Below, piece by piece: positions 25,848 to 34,779 of a stretch of 53,948 nt of DNA. The stretch lies in the IMG/VR virus record IMGVR_UViG_3300043408_000051, positions 1-53,948 of that record. One strand, given 5' to 3'. Each line of letters starts with the position of its first letter. Position 1 is the first letter of the stretch. The position numbers were made by a program, and so were the translations under genes. The stretch is from a virus (lineage: Duplodnaviria; Caudoviricetes). The notes below the pieces were generated by a model. That model worked only from the letters and a program-made list of their open reading frames with translations. It made no database searches and had not been told where the DNA came from.

Positions 25848-26498
25848 TTATGCGCCTGCTACTTCACGGGCAATTTTTAACATCTCTTCACGAGGTGTTT
25901 CTTTTATAACGTCAGGAGTAAAACAAACCGCAGTCTTGATAAGTTCATTAACCTTTTCGAGGTTTAGATTCCATTCCTCTTCAAGGTCACGACCACGTAC
26001 ATAATTTAGAGTGTATTGAGTCGTTGGACCATTTCCCATTCGAGAAACTTCCCAAAACTCTTTACTTAGAGGTCCTTTTCTGTCATCTTCATGTGCACGA
26101 CGAATTTGACGTGCAAATGATGGAGGAGCAGTAAGGATTTGAACGGTTTGAGTATCACCGCTCAATACAAGAACATTAAACGCAAATCGTGCTCTTGGCT
26201 TGCTTCCGAGTAAATCTGTAAAAGGGTCATCTTGTTCTAAAGCAACAAATGACTTTTTCCCAGTTCTTTCAATCCAGTGCTGTTCATACACACGGAATGG
26301 TCCGTCTTCTAGGAATTTAATGAGTTGAGGTTCTTCACTGAATTTAAAATCAGTTGGAAACTCAGTTGTGTCTTGACGTAATAGGGCATCGGCTGAATCC
26401 CAACCAGATTGAACGGTTGTTCCGACTTTTGGTTTTGCATCTTCGTGGTCTACATCTAAATACGATGCAGCATTTACTGTTGGATTGGTTATTGACAT
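25848..26498 (-). CDS. putative single-stranded DNA-binding protein (gp32-like)
   Basis: IKFLE..PF.VYEQHW, FAFNV, VSRMGNGPTTQY; between polA and the helicases. Confidence 0.6.
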   Translation of the reverse strand: MSITNPTVNAASYLDVDHEDAKPKVGTTVQSGWDSADALLRQDTTEFPTDFKFSEEPQLIKFLEDGPFRVYEQHWIERTGKKSFVALEQDDPFTDLLGSKPRARFAFNVLVLSGDTQTVQILTAPPSFARQIRRAHEDDRKGPLSKEFWEVSRMGNGPTTQYTLNYVRGRDLEEEWNLNLEKVNELIKTAVCFTPDVIKETPREEMLKIAREVAGA

Positions 26499-26545
26499 GT
26501 TCTTCTTTCGGTTATGAGGCTTACGCTCTCGGTTGGATGTGAGGT

Positions 26546-27025
26546 CTACTGACTCTCGTTAGCAACATGCTCTTTCCACCGCGAAGTTATCGCAATAGTT
26601 AAATCATGGTGCTGAGACCATTCTACACGAGAAACTCCTAAAAGCCCTCTTTTGGAGAACTCTTCGATAGCAATTTCTATTAGCCCTCTTGTGTAGACCC
26701 TATTGCCTGCAACCTTTTCCCCGTTTAGGATTTTAGAACGCAAACGATAGGGTGCTCTTGGTAGATACCCTCGTTTTTCCCACGACCTAATGCTAATAAT
26801 GCTCTTTTCCAATGCTTGAGCCATAGCACCAATCGTGAAAACCTCTGTTTCTTTTCCGTTTAGTTGTTTCTTTATTGCTAGTGAATCCCAAGGAGATTCT
26901 TCTTTAGACTTCTTTTTTCGAGCAACTTCTGGGTTTATTGTGCGTCGCTTTTGCTTAGAACCAGGCTTGTATTCAAGGTCTGCAAATGCTTTCTCAATCT
27001 CATCATCACTACGCAATCCAGCCAT
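26546..27025 (-). CDS. MerR-like HTH DNA-binding protein
   Basis: FTIGAMAQALEKSIISIRSWEKRGYLP...GNRVYT. Confidence 0.75.
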   Translation of the reverse strand: MAGLRSDDEIEKAFADLEYKPGSKQKRRTINPEVARKKKSKEESPWDSLAIKKQLNGKETEVFTIGAMAQALEKSIISIRSWEKRGYLPRAPYRLRSKILNGEKVAGNRVYTRGLIEIAIEEFSKRGLLGVSRVEWSQHHDLTIAITSRWKEHVANESQ

Positions 27026-27027
27026 GA

Positions 27028-27471
27028 TTACTTCTTACTTAACTTTAGTGCCCAAACAACTTTTGGAGGAAAAATGGCATCAACTTCTTCTTCAGTTAAT
27101 ACTCCCTCATATAAGGCTGCCCATAAAGCATCTTGGTCAACTACTCGCACAGTCTTATAAAGACGGTCTTCTAAACCCTTTTCCTCAATAATCCTGTCAG
27201 CAACTAAATCGTCAATTTTTGTACGAGAGACGCGTTTTTCTTTTTGAACAGAGTTAATGTCTTCAATAGGCTCTGCCAACTCATACCACCAATGACCCTT
27301 ACCATCTTCAAAACCGTTTTCTTCAATATACGCAAACAATTTTTCTTTAAGAGTTTTTTGGCGTTTTTCAGCGTCATCAACGATGCCTTTTAGATAGGCG
27401 TACTCTTTTATCTGCCCTTCAAGACTGTCACCGTCAGAAAAGTCTCTAGGTTCGTCTATTGGTTTTACCAT
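27028..27471 (-). CDS. hypothetical protein
   Basis: 147 aa, AAGGAG RBS. Confidence 0.65.
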   Translation of the reverse strand: MVKPIDEPRDFSDGDSLEGQIKEYAYLKGIVDDAEKRQKTLKEKLFAYIEENGFEDGKGHWWYELAEPIEDINSVQKEKRVSRTKIDDLVADRIIEEKGLEDRLYKTVRVVDQDALWAALYEGVLTEEEVDAIFPPKVVWALKLSKK

Positions 27472-27480
27472 GTGTTCTCC

Positions 27481-29061
27481 TTAAATAGTTGCGTTTAATA
27501 AAAAGTTTAAAAGGCTACCAACTGTTAAATCAACGCCTCCTTTAGTGTTTATACCTGTCCCATCAACAACAGCATCTGCAACTAAGTTCTTTTGATTTAG
27601 CATTTCAAATTGCCGTTCTTCAATCGAGTTTAACACTAAGAAGTCTTGAATAATAACAGAGGGCCATTTACTTGACGCACGTCGTATTCTCGAGTTACGT
27701 TGGACAGCCTTACCTGCTGACCAAGGTAAATCGTAATTTACCAGTAAGTTGGCTTGAGGCAAATCAACCCCATACCCTCCTGCATCACTAGAAATTAAAA
27801 CCCTAATTTCTTTTGAAGTTTGGAAGGAAATTTTTGAATCTTCTTTTTCTTTAGCGTTTAACTGACCTGAATAGATACGGCTTTGAATCTTCTTTTCTAA
27901 TAAAGCGTTTTGAATCAAAGTCAACATGCTGATGTAACTAGTAAAAATAACAACTTTAGACAGTGCGTCTGTATCCAAATGGTCTACTACATAATTAACA
28001 ACAGCGTCTAGTTTTGATGCACCCGAATCTAAGTTATCAAGGTAACCCTCATCATCGAGATGAGAAGCATAGGAACTTCCACCCAATCCTTGATTTAGTT
28101 TGTATTTAGTTGAACTGTCTACAAGTAAGGAAGGACTATCACAAACCATTCGTAATGCCGTAATTTTAGACATGATAGCCCCACGCATAGCATCTGCAGG
28201 TCCACCAAATACTTGTCCTTGCCCGTAAATTGCGTCTAAAGAGAAACCCACACCAAACAATGCTTGTGCTTCCTGCAAATCATTAGTTAGGTCTAACTTA
28301 ATTTTGTCGTACAAGGTTCGAGCAGGTTTATTCAAACGCACCTTTATAGGATTTAAATGAATAGTGGCGGGCAAGTAAGGAGCAACGTCAGGGTCTGACT
28401 GAGCCTTCCTCACCGACGCTTCTTTAATCTTCTCGTGTAACAACGGAAGATTGCGGTATCTCTGTACCCCGCCAAAATGATTTCGCACAATAAACGTTTT
28501 ATCAAACAAATCAAACCTACCTAACATAGTAGGTTCAACAAACTGCATAATGCTGTATAACTCTTCTGGTTTGCCGTTCTCAATAGGAGTTCCAGTTAAG
28601 GCATATTTAACAGGAATTTTGGTTGCAAGTTCTTTGACTTTTTTAGTTCTTTTTGACCTAAACCCCTTGATGGCAGTTGCTTCATCACAAACAATAGCGT
28701 CAAACACTAACCCCTTTAGTATGTCCCAGTCATTGACTATAGATTCATAGTTAGTCACTATGTAATCTGTGTAGGAACCATCAACATATTGTTTAACTCT
28801 TGCGGTTTTTGAACCATCGATTACGGTAACGGTGGCGTTTGAGAACTTCTTTATCTCCGCCTCCCATTGATACTTTAAACTGGCTAAAACAATAACTAAA
28901 GTAGATTGAGAGATTTCTTTTCGCTCTCTTAGTTCTTCTAAGGCTGCAATAGTCATGCAGGTTTTTCCTAAACCCATTTCGTAAGCAACTAGCATCTTCT
29001 TTTGTTTTGCCATACGTTCAACAGCCTCAACTTGATAAGGCTTTAAAGTCCCCGTAAACAT
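27481..29061 (-). CDS. SNF2-family helicase
   Basis: LKPYQ, MGLGKT, CDEA, LTGTPIEN, SSDAGGYGVDL, QRNSRIRR. Confidence 0.9.
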   Translation of the reverse strand: MFTGTLKPYQVEAVERMAKQKKMLVAYEMGLGKTCMTIAALEELRERKEISQSTLVIVLASLKYQWEAEIKKFSNATVTVIDGSKTARVKQYVDGSYTDYIVTNYESIVNDWDILKGLVFDAIVCDEATAIKGFRSKRTKKVKELATKIPVKYALTGTPIENGKPEELYSIMQFVEPTMLGRFDLFDKTFIVRNHFGGVQRYRNLPLLHEKIKEASVRKAQSDPDVAPYLPATIHLNPIKVRLNKPARTLYDKIKLDLTNDLQEAQALFGVGFSLDAIYGQGQVFGGPADAMRGAIMSKITALRMVCDSPSLLVDSSTKYKLNQGLGGSSYASHLDDEGYLDNLDSGASKLDAVVNYVVDHLDTDALSKVVIFTSYISMLTLIQNALLEKKIQSRIYSGQLNAKEKEDSKISFQTSKEIRVLISSDAGGYGVDLPQANLLVNYDLPWSAGKAVQRNSRIRRASSKWPSVIIQDFLVLNSIEERQFEMLNQKNLVADAVVDGTGINTKGGVDLTVGSLLNFLLNATI

Positions 29062-30023
29062 TAGAGATATGCCTTCTCCCCATAAATCATGTCAATGGCG
29101 TTTTCAATACCCCAAAGAATTTGGTCATTATTCATGTCACCAACATCTTTGATGCCTGTTTCCCCGTAGTTAAAAAACTTAGCAGTAATGCCTAACTTTC
29201 TTGCACCCTGTAGAAATGCTTCACAACCTTTTTTGCCTGCAGCATCTACTTTGGGATTATCTAAAGCAACAATTACCACATCTGAATAACGTAAAAGTTT
29301 TATCTGCGATTCACTAACCTGTGCTCCAAAAGCAGCCACACCACCAATGGCTCCTACAGAAGAAACGCGAACAGCATCAAGAGGTGACTCAACTAAAATT
29401 GCTTGTTCAGGGGTTAATTCGTGTGCACCAAACAATGTCCTAGATTTTGTAACACCTAAAGGTCTGTTTTTAAAAGCACGTTCTTTAGCACTCTTTTCTT
29501 GCCAACCCCATAAAGTATTGTCATGTGGATTTCTAATTGGAAGTATCCAAGTATCTTCTCCAGACCATAACACTTCGTATTTGCGACAGGCTTCTGCTGT
29601 TAAATTTCTTGCCTTTAAAGCCCATGCTGGAGGTTCTGTAAACAACGCCAATCGTGAGTTATCCATAGGTAACTCTGGTTTTGGTGCTACATACTGTGGT
29701 GCTTCTTTTAAACGAGCAGCCAATTCTTGCGGAGTAATTTCCTCGACTTGAGCAATCCATTTGCTAACAGCACCGTAGTCAATGTCTTCGGAAATATACA
29801 AACCTTGAAGTTCTCCAACTAACGAAAATAAGTTTCCTTTGAATCCACATGAAAAACACATGTGAGCACCTGTTCGTTGGTTTATGTACCAAGAAGGGTT
29901 AACGTCTTTTTGTCCAGTTCTTGCTTCATGACCAGGACAATGAGACAGCATCTCATCCCCACGTGCTCTAATAATATAAACACCGAGTTTGTCTAAAACC
30001 TTAACAACGTCTACAACCATCAT
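29061..30023 (-). CDS. DNA primase (CHC2 Zn finger + TOPRIM)
   Basis: CPGH...CFSC; LVESPLDA; LDN.D.AG; KDVGDM. Confidence 0.88.
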   Translation of the reverse strand: MMVVDVVKVLDKLGVYIIRARGDEMLSHCPGHEARTGQKDVNPSWYINQRTGAHMCFSCGFKGNLFSLVGELQGLYISEDIDYGAVSKWIAQVEEITPQELAARLKEAPQYVAPKPELPMDNSRLALFTEPPAWALKARNLTAEACRKYEVLWSGEDTWILPIRNPHDNTLWGWQEKSAKERAFKNRPLGVTKSRTLFGAHELTPEQAILVESPLDAVRVSSVGAIGGVAAFGAQVSESQIKLLRYSDVVIVALDNPKVDAAGKKGCEAFLQGARKLGITAKFFNYGETGIKDVGDMNNDQILWGIENAIDMIYGEKAYL

Positions 30024-31273
30024 ATTACTGAGCCTCTCTTACAAACAACACAACTTGAATTCTTTGTTTCTTCGTGGAAACACCCTGTTTCCCAATTCCA
30101 CGTCAAACTTGTTTCGCTAGGACCACAGTTACGGCTTGCCACAATTTTTAAAGTTCGCAAATCATCATAATCAGGAACTGGTTCTAAACCGAGAATAACA
30201 TCGGAATCTTGGAAAAATGAGGAAGAGTAACCAATTGAATCTGCAGTAACTTTTCCACCCTTCATTTTCCATAAAAGGGTCTGAGTAGTTACGATAACTG
30301 GAATATCGTGACGTTGAGCCAATCGTTTTAAGGCTCGAGTCACATTTGTAATAGATTGGGGTGTATTCATCTCACCAGTCATTTCATCCATCATGAGATA
30401 AACACCATCTACAAAAACAATGTCTGGCTGTAACTTTGAAATTTTTGCAGATAACGAAGCAACTGTTAATCCATTAACAGCATCAACAAGATGAAACGAG
30501 TCCTTCATTCCATCCATGCCTTTTAGCATATCCATGTAACGAGTCTCTTCATCTTGAAATAGTTTTCCTCGACGAAGACGACCATGGGAAACTTGAGCAC
30601 GAATCGAATCATGTCTTTGCTGTTGTTCTCTGTTAGTCATCTCAAAAGACTGGAACATTGGCACTTTGCCGTTACGATGCACGTGTATCGCTATTGCTAG
30701 TGCTATTTGCGATTTACCTGTTTTAGGTGGAGCAATAACTGTCACTAACTGTCCACCTTGTAATCCAGCAGTTGCTTCATCAATTTTGTCGAAGCCTGTT
30801 GGAATTCCTAGCATTGTTCGGTTCGCTAACGCTTGATATTCAGCAAAACGTGCTTCAGCATCTTTTGTTAAATCGAGTTCATTTGTTCCTTGAACTCCTT
30901 GAGAGTTAACACGAGTAATGGCTGCTTCCATAGCAACCAAAGCACCTTCATGGTCATTCTCTGTTAACTTGTGAACAGACTCTTCTAAACCTTGGCGAAC
31001 AAGTAACTTTCTTCTAAAAGTTACCGCTTGGTCTACTAAAAAATCTAATGAATCTTGGACATCTAAAATTTTGTATGTTGGGTAATGGTCTTTAACTGTA
31101 ACTGCAGTAGGGACTTCTGAATACTCTGCATAGTGCTTTACAACAAACTTCCAAACGCGAGCATTGTCGTCATCTAAAAACCAATCAAATGTAACTCCGC
31201 GTTGTAATACTGGGAGAATATCGCGGTCGCGAATTACTTTACTTACTAGCCTGTGTTCATTATCTGCTGCCAC
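30020..31273 (-). CDS. dnaB: DnaB-like replicative helicase
   Basis: GIPTGFDKID..T.GL, APPKTGKS, VFVDGVYLM, QDSDVIL. Confidence 0.88.
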   Translation of the reverse strand: MAADNEHRLVSKVIRDRDILPVLQRGVTFDWFLDDDNARVWKFVVKHYAEYSEVPTAVTVKDHYPTYKILDVQDSLDFLVDQAVTFRRKLLVRQGLEESVHKLTENDHEGALVAMEAAITRVNSQGVQGTNELDLTKDAEARFAEYQALANRTMLGIPTGFDKIDEATAGLQGGQLVTVIAPPKTGKSQIALAIAIHVHRNGKVPMFQSFEMTNREQQQRHDSIRAQVSHGRLRRGKLFQDEETRYMDMLKGMDGMKDSFHLVDAVNGLTVASLSAKISKLQPDIVFVDGVYLMMDEMTGEMNTPQSITNVTRALKRLAQRHDIPVIVTTQTLLWKMKGGKVTADSIGYSSSFFQDSDVILGLEPVPDYDDLRTLKIVASRNCGPSETSLTWNWETGCFHEETKNSSCVVCKRGSVI

Positions 31274-31288
31274 GAATTCATTCTCCTC

Positions 31289-31705
31289 TCATAAACGATT
31301 TAATTCAATACCCCAAGAACCATATCTTCCCAATCTAGGGGGAATGTCTATCACACCTTTTAAATTTACGCGATAGGGCAAGTCATCAACTAACTCCTGT
31401 GTCGTCATGTAAATTTGTGCAAAATTAAACGGGTTACCTCCTCTCCTGTCAAGAATGTCCATAATGTGGTCTAAGTCAGATTTATCTAAACCACTTTCCT
31501 CAATACCTGCAAGTTCTACGGATAAACCGTATTTGTTAGTTAATATCCATAACTGTGCAACTGCTTCTTTATTTATATTACTAATGCGAAGATATGTCGA
31601 AGATTTAAAAAGTTTTTTCTCTTTTACCTCTTCAGTTTGTGCAACAACTTCAGCAAGAACTATTAATCGCGAAGGTGTTTCATTAGAAATGTCGCCATTT
31701 CTCAC
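31289..31705 (-). CDS. hypothetical protein
   Basis: 138 aa, coupled in the replication operon. Confidence 0.6.
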   Translation of the reverse strand: MRNGDISNETPSRLIVLAEVVAQTEEVKEKKLFKSSTYLRISNINKEAVAQLWILTNKYGLSVELAGIEESGLDKSDLDHIMDILDRRGGNPFNFAQIYMTTQELVDDLPYRVNLKGVIDIPPRLGRYGSWGIELNRL

Positions 31706-32004
31706 AACACTTCTACTCTCGCATATTTAAGAATAAAACTTCTAAAGGCTTCTGCAGACTCTGCTGCTTTTGAGGTCTCTTCCTCGGGAACATCTTCAGG
31801 AACTAAAATAGCGTATTGTCCAGCGTTTTCTAACATGCGCTGTTGTATAAAGTCAGTGTGTTTGCACTTGCTTCTAACTTGGTAGGAAGGACAGTTACAT
31901 CTCGCTGTAGTGTCGCCAGGGCGTAGTTGTACCTCGTACACCCCTGTTGTCGAGAGGAATAACTGAACAGTTCTCCAAGTATCCAAATTTGAGCCTTTCT
32001 TCAT
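31702..32004 (-). CDS. SWIM-type Zn-finger protein
   Basis: CNCPSY...CKH. Confidence 0.7.
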   Translation of the reverse strand: MKKGSNLDTWRTVQLFLSTTGVYEVQLRPGDTTARCNCPSYQVRSKCKHTDFIQQRMLENAGQYAILVPEDVPEEETSKAAESAEAFRSFILKYARVEVL

Positions 32005-32723
32005 GCTCGTGCCCTTCTTAAGTCTTTGTTAACTAAGCGAACTCTTTGGAATGCCTCGTTAGCAAAACTTGCCATCGCGTTGCTGTATTTGGCTCCCCAA
32101 TTTTCCAGCATCTCGTTGGTAGTTACTATTGTAGGCAATGCTCTGTCATATCGACTGCGTAAAATCTCGTCAAAAGAAGTGTTGTCATAGTTAGAGCCGT
32201 ATTCTTTCCCTAAGTCGTCAAGAATTAACAATCTAACGTTTAACCAATCTTCTTTTGCACGTCCGTGAAAACCTTCCATTTCTCGGTTCATCTCACGTTT
32301 TTCTTCAGCATCTGCGTCAAACATAGCCTTCTTGCGAGAAAGAAACTCAGGATACGTTAAGTAATAAATTGGGCGAGATAACATTCCGTAATCTGACCCT
32401 GACTTGTATTCAAGAACTTTTTTAGCAGTCTCTTCGTCATCTGGTAACTGCTTGACAAACTCCATGGCTGCTACAACGGCGTGAGTTGTTTTTCCAAGTC
32501 CTGGTCCTCCGTCAAAGAGCAACCCAACACCTGTTAAACCAAGACCACCGACCTGCTTAATAACGTTTCCCGTTACTATCTCCTCTAACCAGTCAACAAC
32601 TGTGTCTGGAAATTCTGTCAGCATGTCAGAAGGCTCTAGACCAAGAAAACGTCTTGGAATATTTGAGTTACGCAGTATCCAATGTCTCTTTAAAGGAGCC
32701 AAGGATTCAATTTGATAAGTCAA
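32001..32723 (-). CDS. DnaC/IstB-like AAA+ helicase loader
   Basis: GGPGLGKT Walker A; LLILDDLGKE Walker B; R.RY...PTIVTTN. Confidence 0.85.
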   Translation of the reverse strand: MTYQIESLAPLKRHWILRNSNIPRRFLGLEPSDMLTEFPDTVVDWLEEIVTGNVIKQVGGLGLTGVGLLFDGGPGLGKTTHAVVAAMEFVKQLPDDEETAKKVLEYKSGSDYGMLSRPIYYLTYPEFLSRKKAMFDADAEEKREMNREMEGFHGRAKEDWLNVRLLILDDLGKEYGSNYDNTSFDEILRSRYDRALPTIVTTNEMLENWGAKYSNAMASFANEAFQRVRLVNKDLRRARA

Positions 32724-32910
32724 TGGTTACTCCTCTGTCGTCTGTGTATTTGCCTTTTCCATCTGTAGTCATCTGTGTTTCTTGGAGTGTTAAAACAAAA
32801 TACAACTCTCCTGGAAATAAGATTCCGACAATAACATCTAAAATTTTAGACTTCCACTTTGGCATCTCAACAATGGCAAAGACTGGAAGGTCTTTCTTCT
32901 TACGAGCCAC
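32707..32910 (-). CDS. hypothetical protein
   Basis: GTG start after GGAGG; fills the gap. Confidence 0.5.
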   Translation of the reverse strand: MARKKKDLPVFAIVEMPKWKSKILDVIVGILFPGELYFVLTLQETQMTTDGKGKYTDDRGVTIDLSN

Positions 32911-33070
32911 CCCAGCCTCCACCTTTAAACTGAACTGCAGGAGGTGTAAATACTTTGCTCATGAGATTGCCACAACGGTCGCATAAAGGACGCTCTGTAG
33001 AATCAAAGGCAAGATGCATCTCTACAACGCTGTCTTCGCAAGTGTCGCATTTAAAATCATATTTAGGCAT
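32900..33070 (-). CDS. FmdB-family Zn-ribbon regulator
   Basis: MPKYDFKCDTC...CDRCG..MSKVF....FKGGGW. Confidence 0.8.
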   Translation of the reverse strand: MPKYDFKCDTCEDSVVEMHLAFDSTERPLCDRCGNLMSKVFTPPAVQFKGGGWGGS

Positions 33071-34028
33071 GTAACTTTTTCTCATACCTTTCTAGCGCAG
33101 ACCGACCTGCAATAGTGTTGTCAAAAGTTCTTCCATCCGAAGCATAGAGGACATCTGTAATAATCTCTTCTGACACGCCCTCAACATTTGGCAGGACTAT
33201 CCCAAGATTGTTATGCGCCTTGACAAGATGGGTTCTAAACATTTGTAGAAACTTCTTATACAAATACGGAGCCTCGTTGCCAATACCTATAAAGTTCTTT
33301 TGGTCAGCCATAAACATATTTAACAACTCGAGTTCGACCAGGGCTGTCGTCTGATACTGACTGCGTTGCTTGCTCAATGCGCCTGCAAGGTGACCAACAT
33401 TGACGGTTCCTGGAAGCCAAGGAAACTTCTTACCCACCAGGTAGGAGAACTCTGCTGCAACATCTCGGGGTGTCCATTCTTCTTTTGGTCGCAAGCCCCG
33501 TGTCTTGGTGTCTCGCTTGCTCGGCGGTGTCCTCGGTGTCTCTGACTCCAACTTCCCAATTCCACCAATGGAATCATCCTTGGCTTGTTCTTCACGCCAA
33601 CTTTTATTCATTGATTCCTCACTTACTTTGTGTATTTTTATATTTTCATAACTAGTTTGACTAATATGACTATTAGGTACTAATGACTTATTAACTAGGT
33701 AGTCATAGTTACTATCTGCTCTATCTGTAGATGCCCTCTCTGCAGGGCATACTGATGCCTCCCACAGAGGGCATAACAAACGGTATGTGTTTCCAGAATA
33801 GAACCCTCGCCCACGCTTTTTGCGTTGTGTTTCAAGTAGCCCTTTGTCCTCCAAGGCTCGTATAGCCTCTCTGACGGTGTTTCTTGATTTAGCCTGCGTC
33901 GAGCAGCCGAGAGTATCCATGGACTGCTCTACCACCCCGTCAGAGGTTGCTAAGGACCATAAGGTGACAAAGAGACGGAACTGGAAATGGCTTAAATTCG
34001 CCTCGAGCAGCCGAGATGAAAGGCTCAC
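33063..34028 (-). CDS. putative replication initiator (N-terminal wHTH)
   Basis: SRNTVREAIRALEDKGLL...GNTYRL; upstream of dnaC-like and dnaB; internal repeats. Confidence 0.65.
   Translation of the reverse strand: MSLSSRLLEANLSHFQFRLFVTLWSLATSDGVVEQSMDTLGCSTQAKSRNTVREAIRALEDKGLLETQRKKRGRGFYSGNTYRLLCPLWEASVCPAERASTDRADSNYDYLVNKSLVPNSHISQTSYENIKIHKVSEESMNKSWREEQAKDDSIGGIGKLESETPRTPPSKRDTKTRGLRPKEEWTPRDVAAEFSYLVGKKFPWLPGTVNVGHLAGALSKQRSQYQTTALVELELLNMFMADQKNFIGIGNEAPYLYKKFLQMFRTHLVKAHNNLGIVLPNVEGVSEEIITDVLYASDGRTFDNTIAGRSALERYEKKLHA
33601..33775. other. putative replication origin inside the initiator gene
   Basis: Two 22-bp quasi-palindromic repeats (33730-33751, 33754-33775) next to an AT-rich ACTA/TAGT-rich tract. 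Confidence 0.5.
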
Positions 34029-34492
34029 TCAGAGCGACGGTACTTATGCTTACCATCGCCGTTTATTTGGTCCATCACCATCTTGTAAACCAAAGCCGAT
34101 AATGATTCAGTAAAGTCTGCGATTACCTCATCAAGGTGTTCCTCTAAAGCCTCTGTCTGAGTATCGACAATACTTAAACCATTTGCAATATCCCATATAT
34201 CTAAGCCTTTGTCATGTGCCCATTCAATTGCCTCGAAGCACTCATCTGACTCATCCCAAGCAACAGCCAAAATGTCTTCCGCAACAAAAACTTCCATCAA
34301 GACTTCAAGGTCTTCACCAGTGCGAACTGGGATGTTCTTTTCAGAAGCGGTCAAAATAATTTGGTCATGTGTTTCATTTGGCTCATTCATAGGCAAGACT
34401 ATTTCTGAGATATTTTTTCTTTCTAGTAACTGCCTTAAACCAACAGTTACGTCTATATCGTCAGCACCGCCAACAACTAATAATCGCGTCAT
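34025..34492 (-). CDS. hypothetical alpha/beta protein
   Basis: 155 aa, AGGAG RBS. Confidence 0.6.
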   Translation of the reverse strand: MTRLLVVGGADDIDVTVGLRQLLERKNISEIVLPMNEPNETHDQIILTASEKNIPVRTGEDLEVLMEVFVAEDILAVAWDESDECFEAIEWAHDKGLDIWDIANGLSIVDTQTEALEEHLDEVIADFTESLSALVYKMVMDQINGDGKHKYRRSE

Positions 34493-34501
34493 TTTTTACT
34501 C

Positions 34502-34756
34502 CTAGTATCGTCGAATTGGTTGAACGCTTACTTCTTCTTTGGTAATAAACATAGTAATGGCTAGTGCTAAGAATGAACTAGCAGGAGCAAAGAGTGCTGT
34601 TTCTATCCATGGGTATCCAAATAACCAACAGAACAACACAGCAAATGGCAGGCAAACAAACCCTCGTAATTTTTTTAAATCGTAGAAGGCTTGAATTGCT
34701 TCAGTAAAATAGGCAACAGCAAAAGAGATTACAAGTAGTTCTATAAGTAGGTCCAT
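34502..34756 (-). CDS. small multi-TM membrane protein (holin-like)
   Basis: Two to three hydrophobic segments, basic C-terminus; at the end of the tail module. Confidence 0.5.
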   Translation of the reverse strand: MDLLIELLVISFAVAYFTEAIQAFYDLKKLRGFVCLPFAVLFCWLFGYPWIETALFAPASSFLALAITMFITKEEVSVQPIRRY

Positions 34757-34779
34757 GGGTGTATCTTAGACCTAATTTT

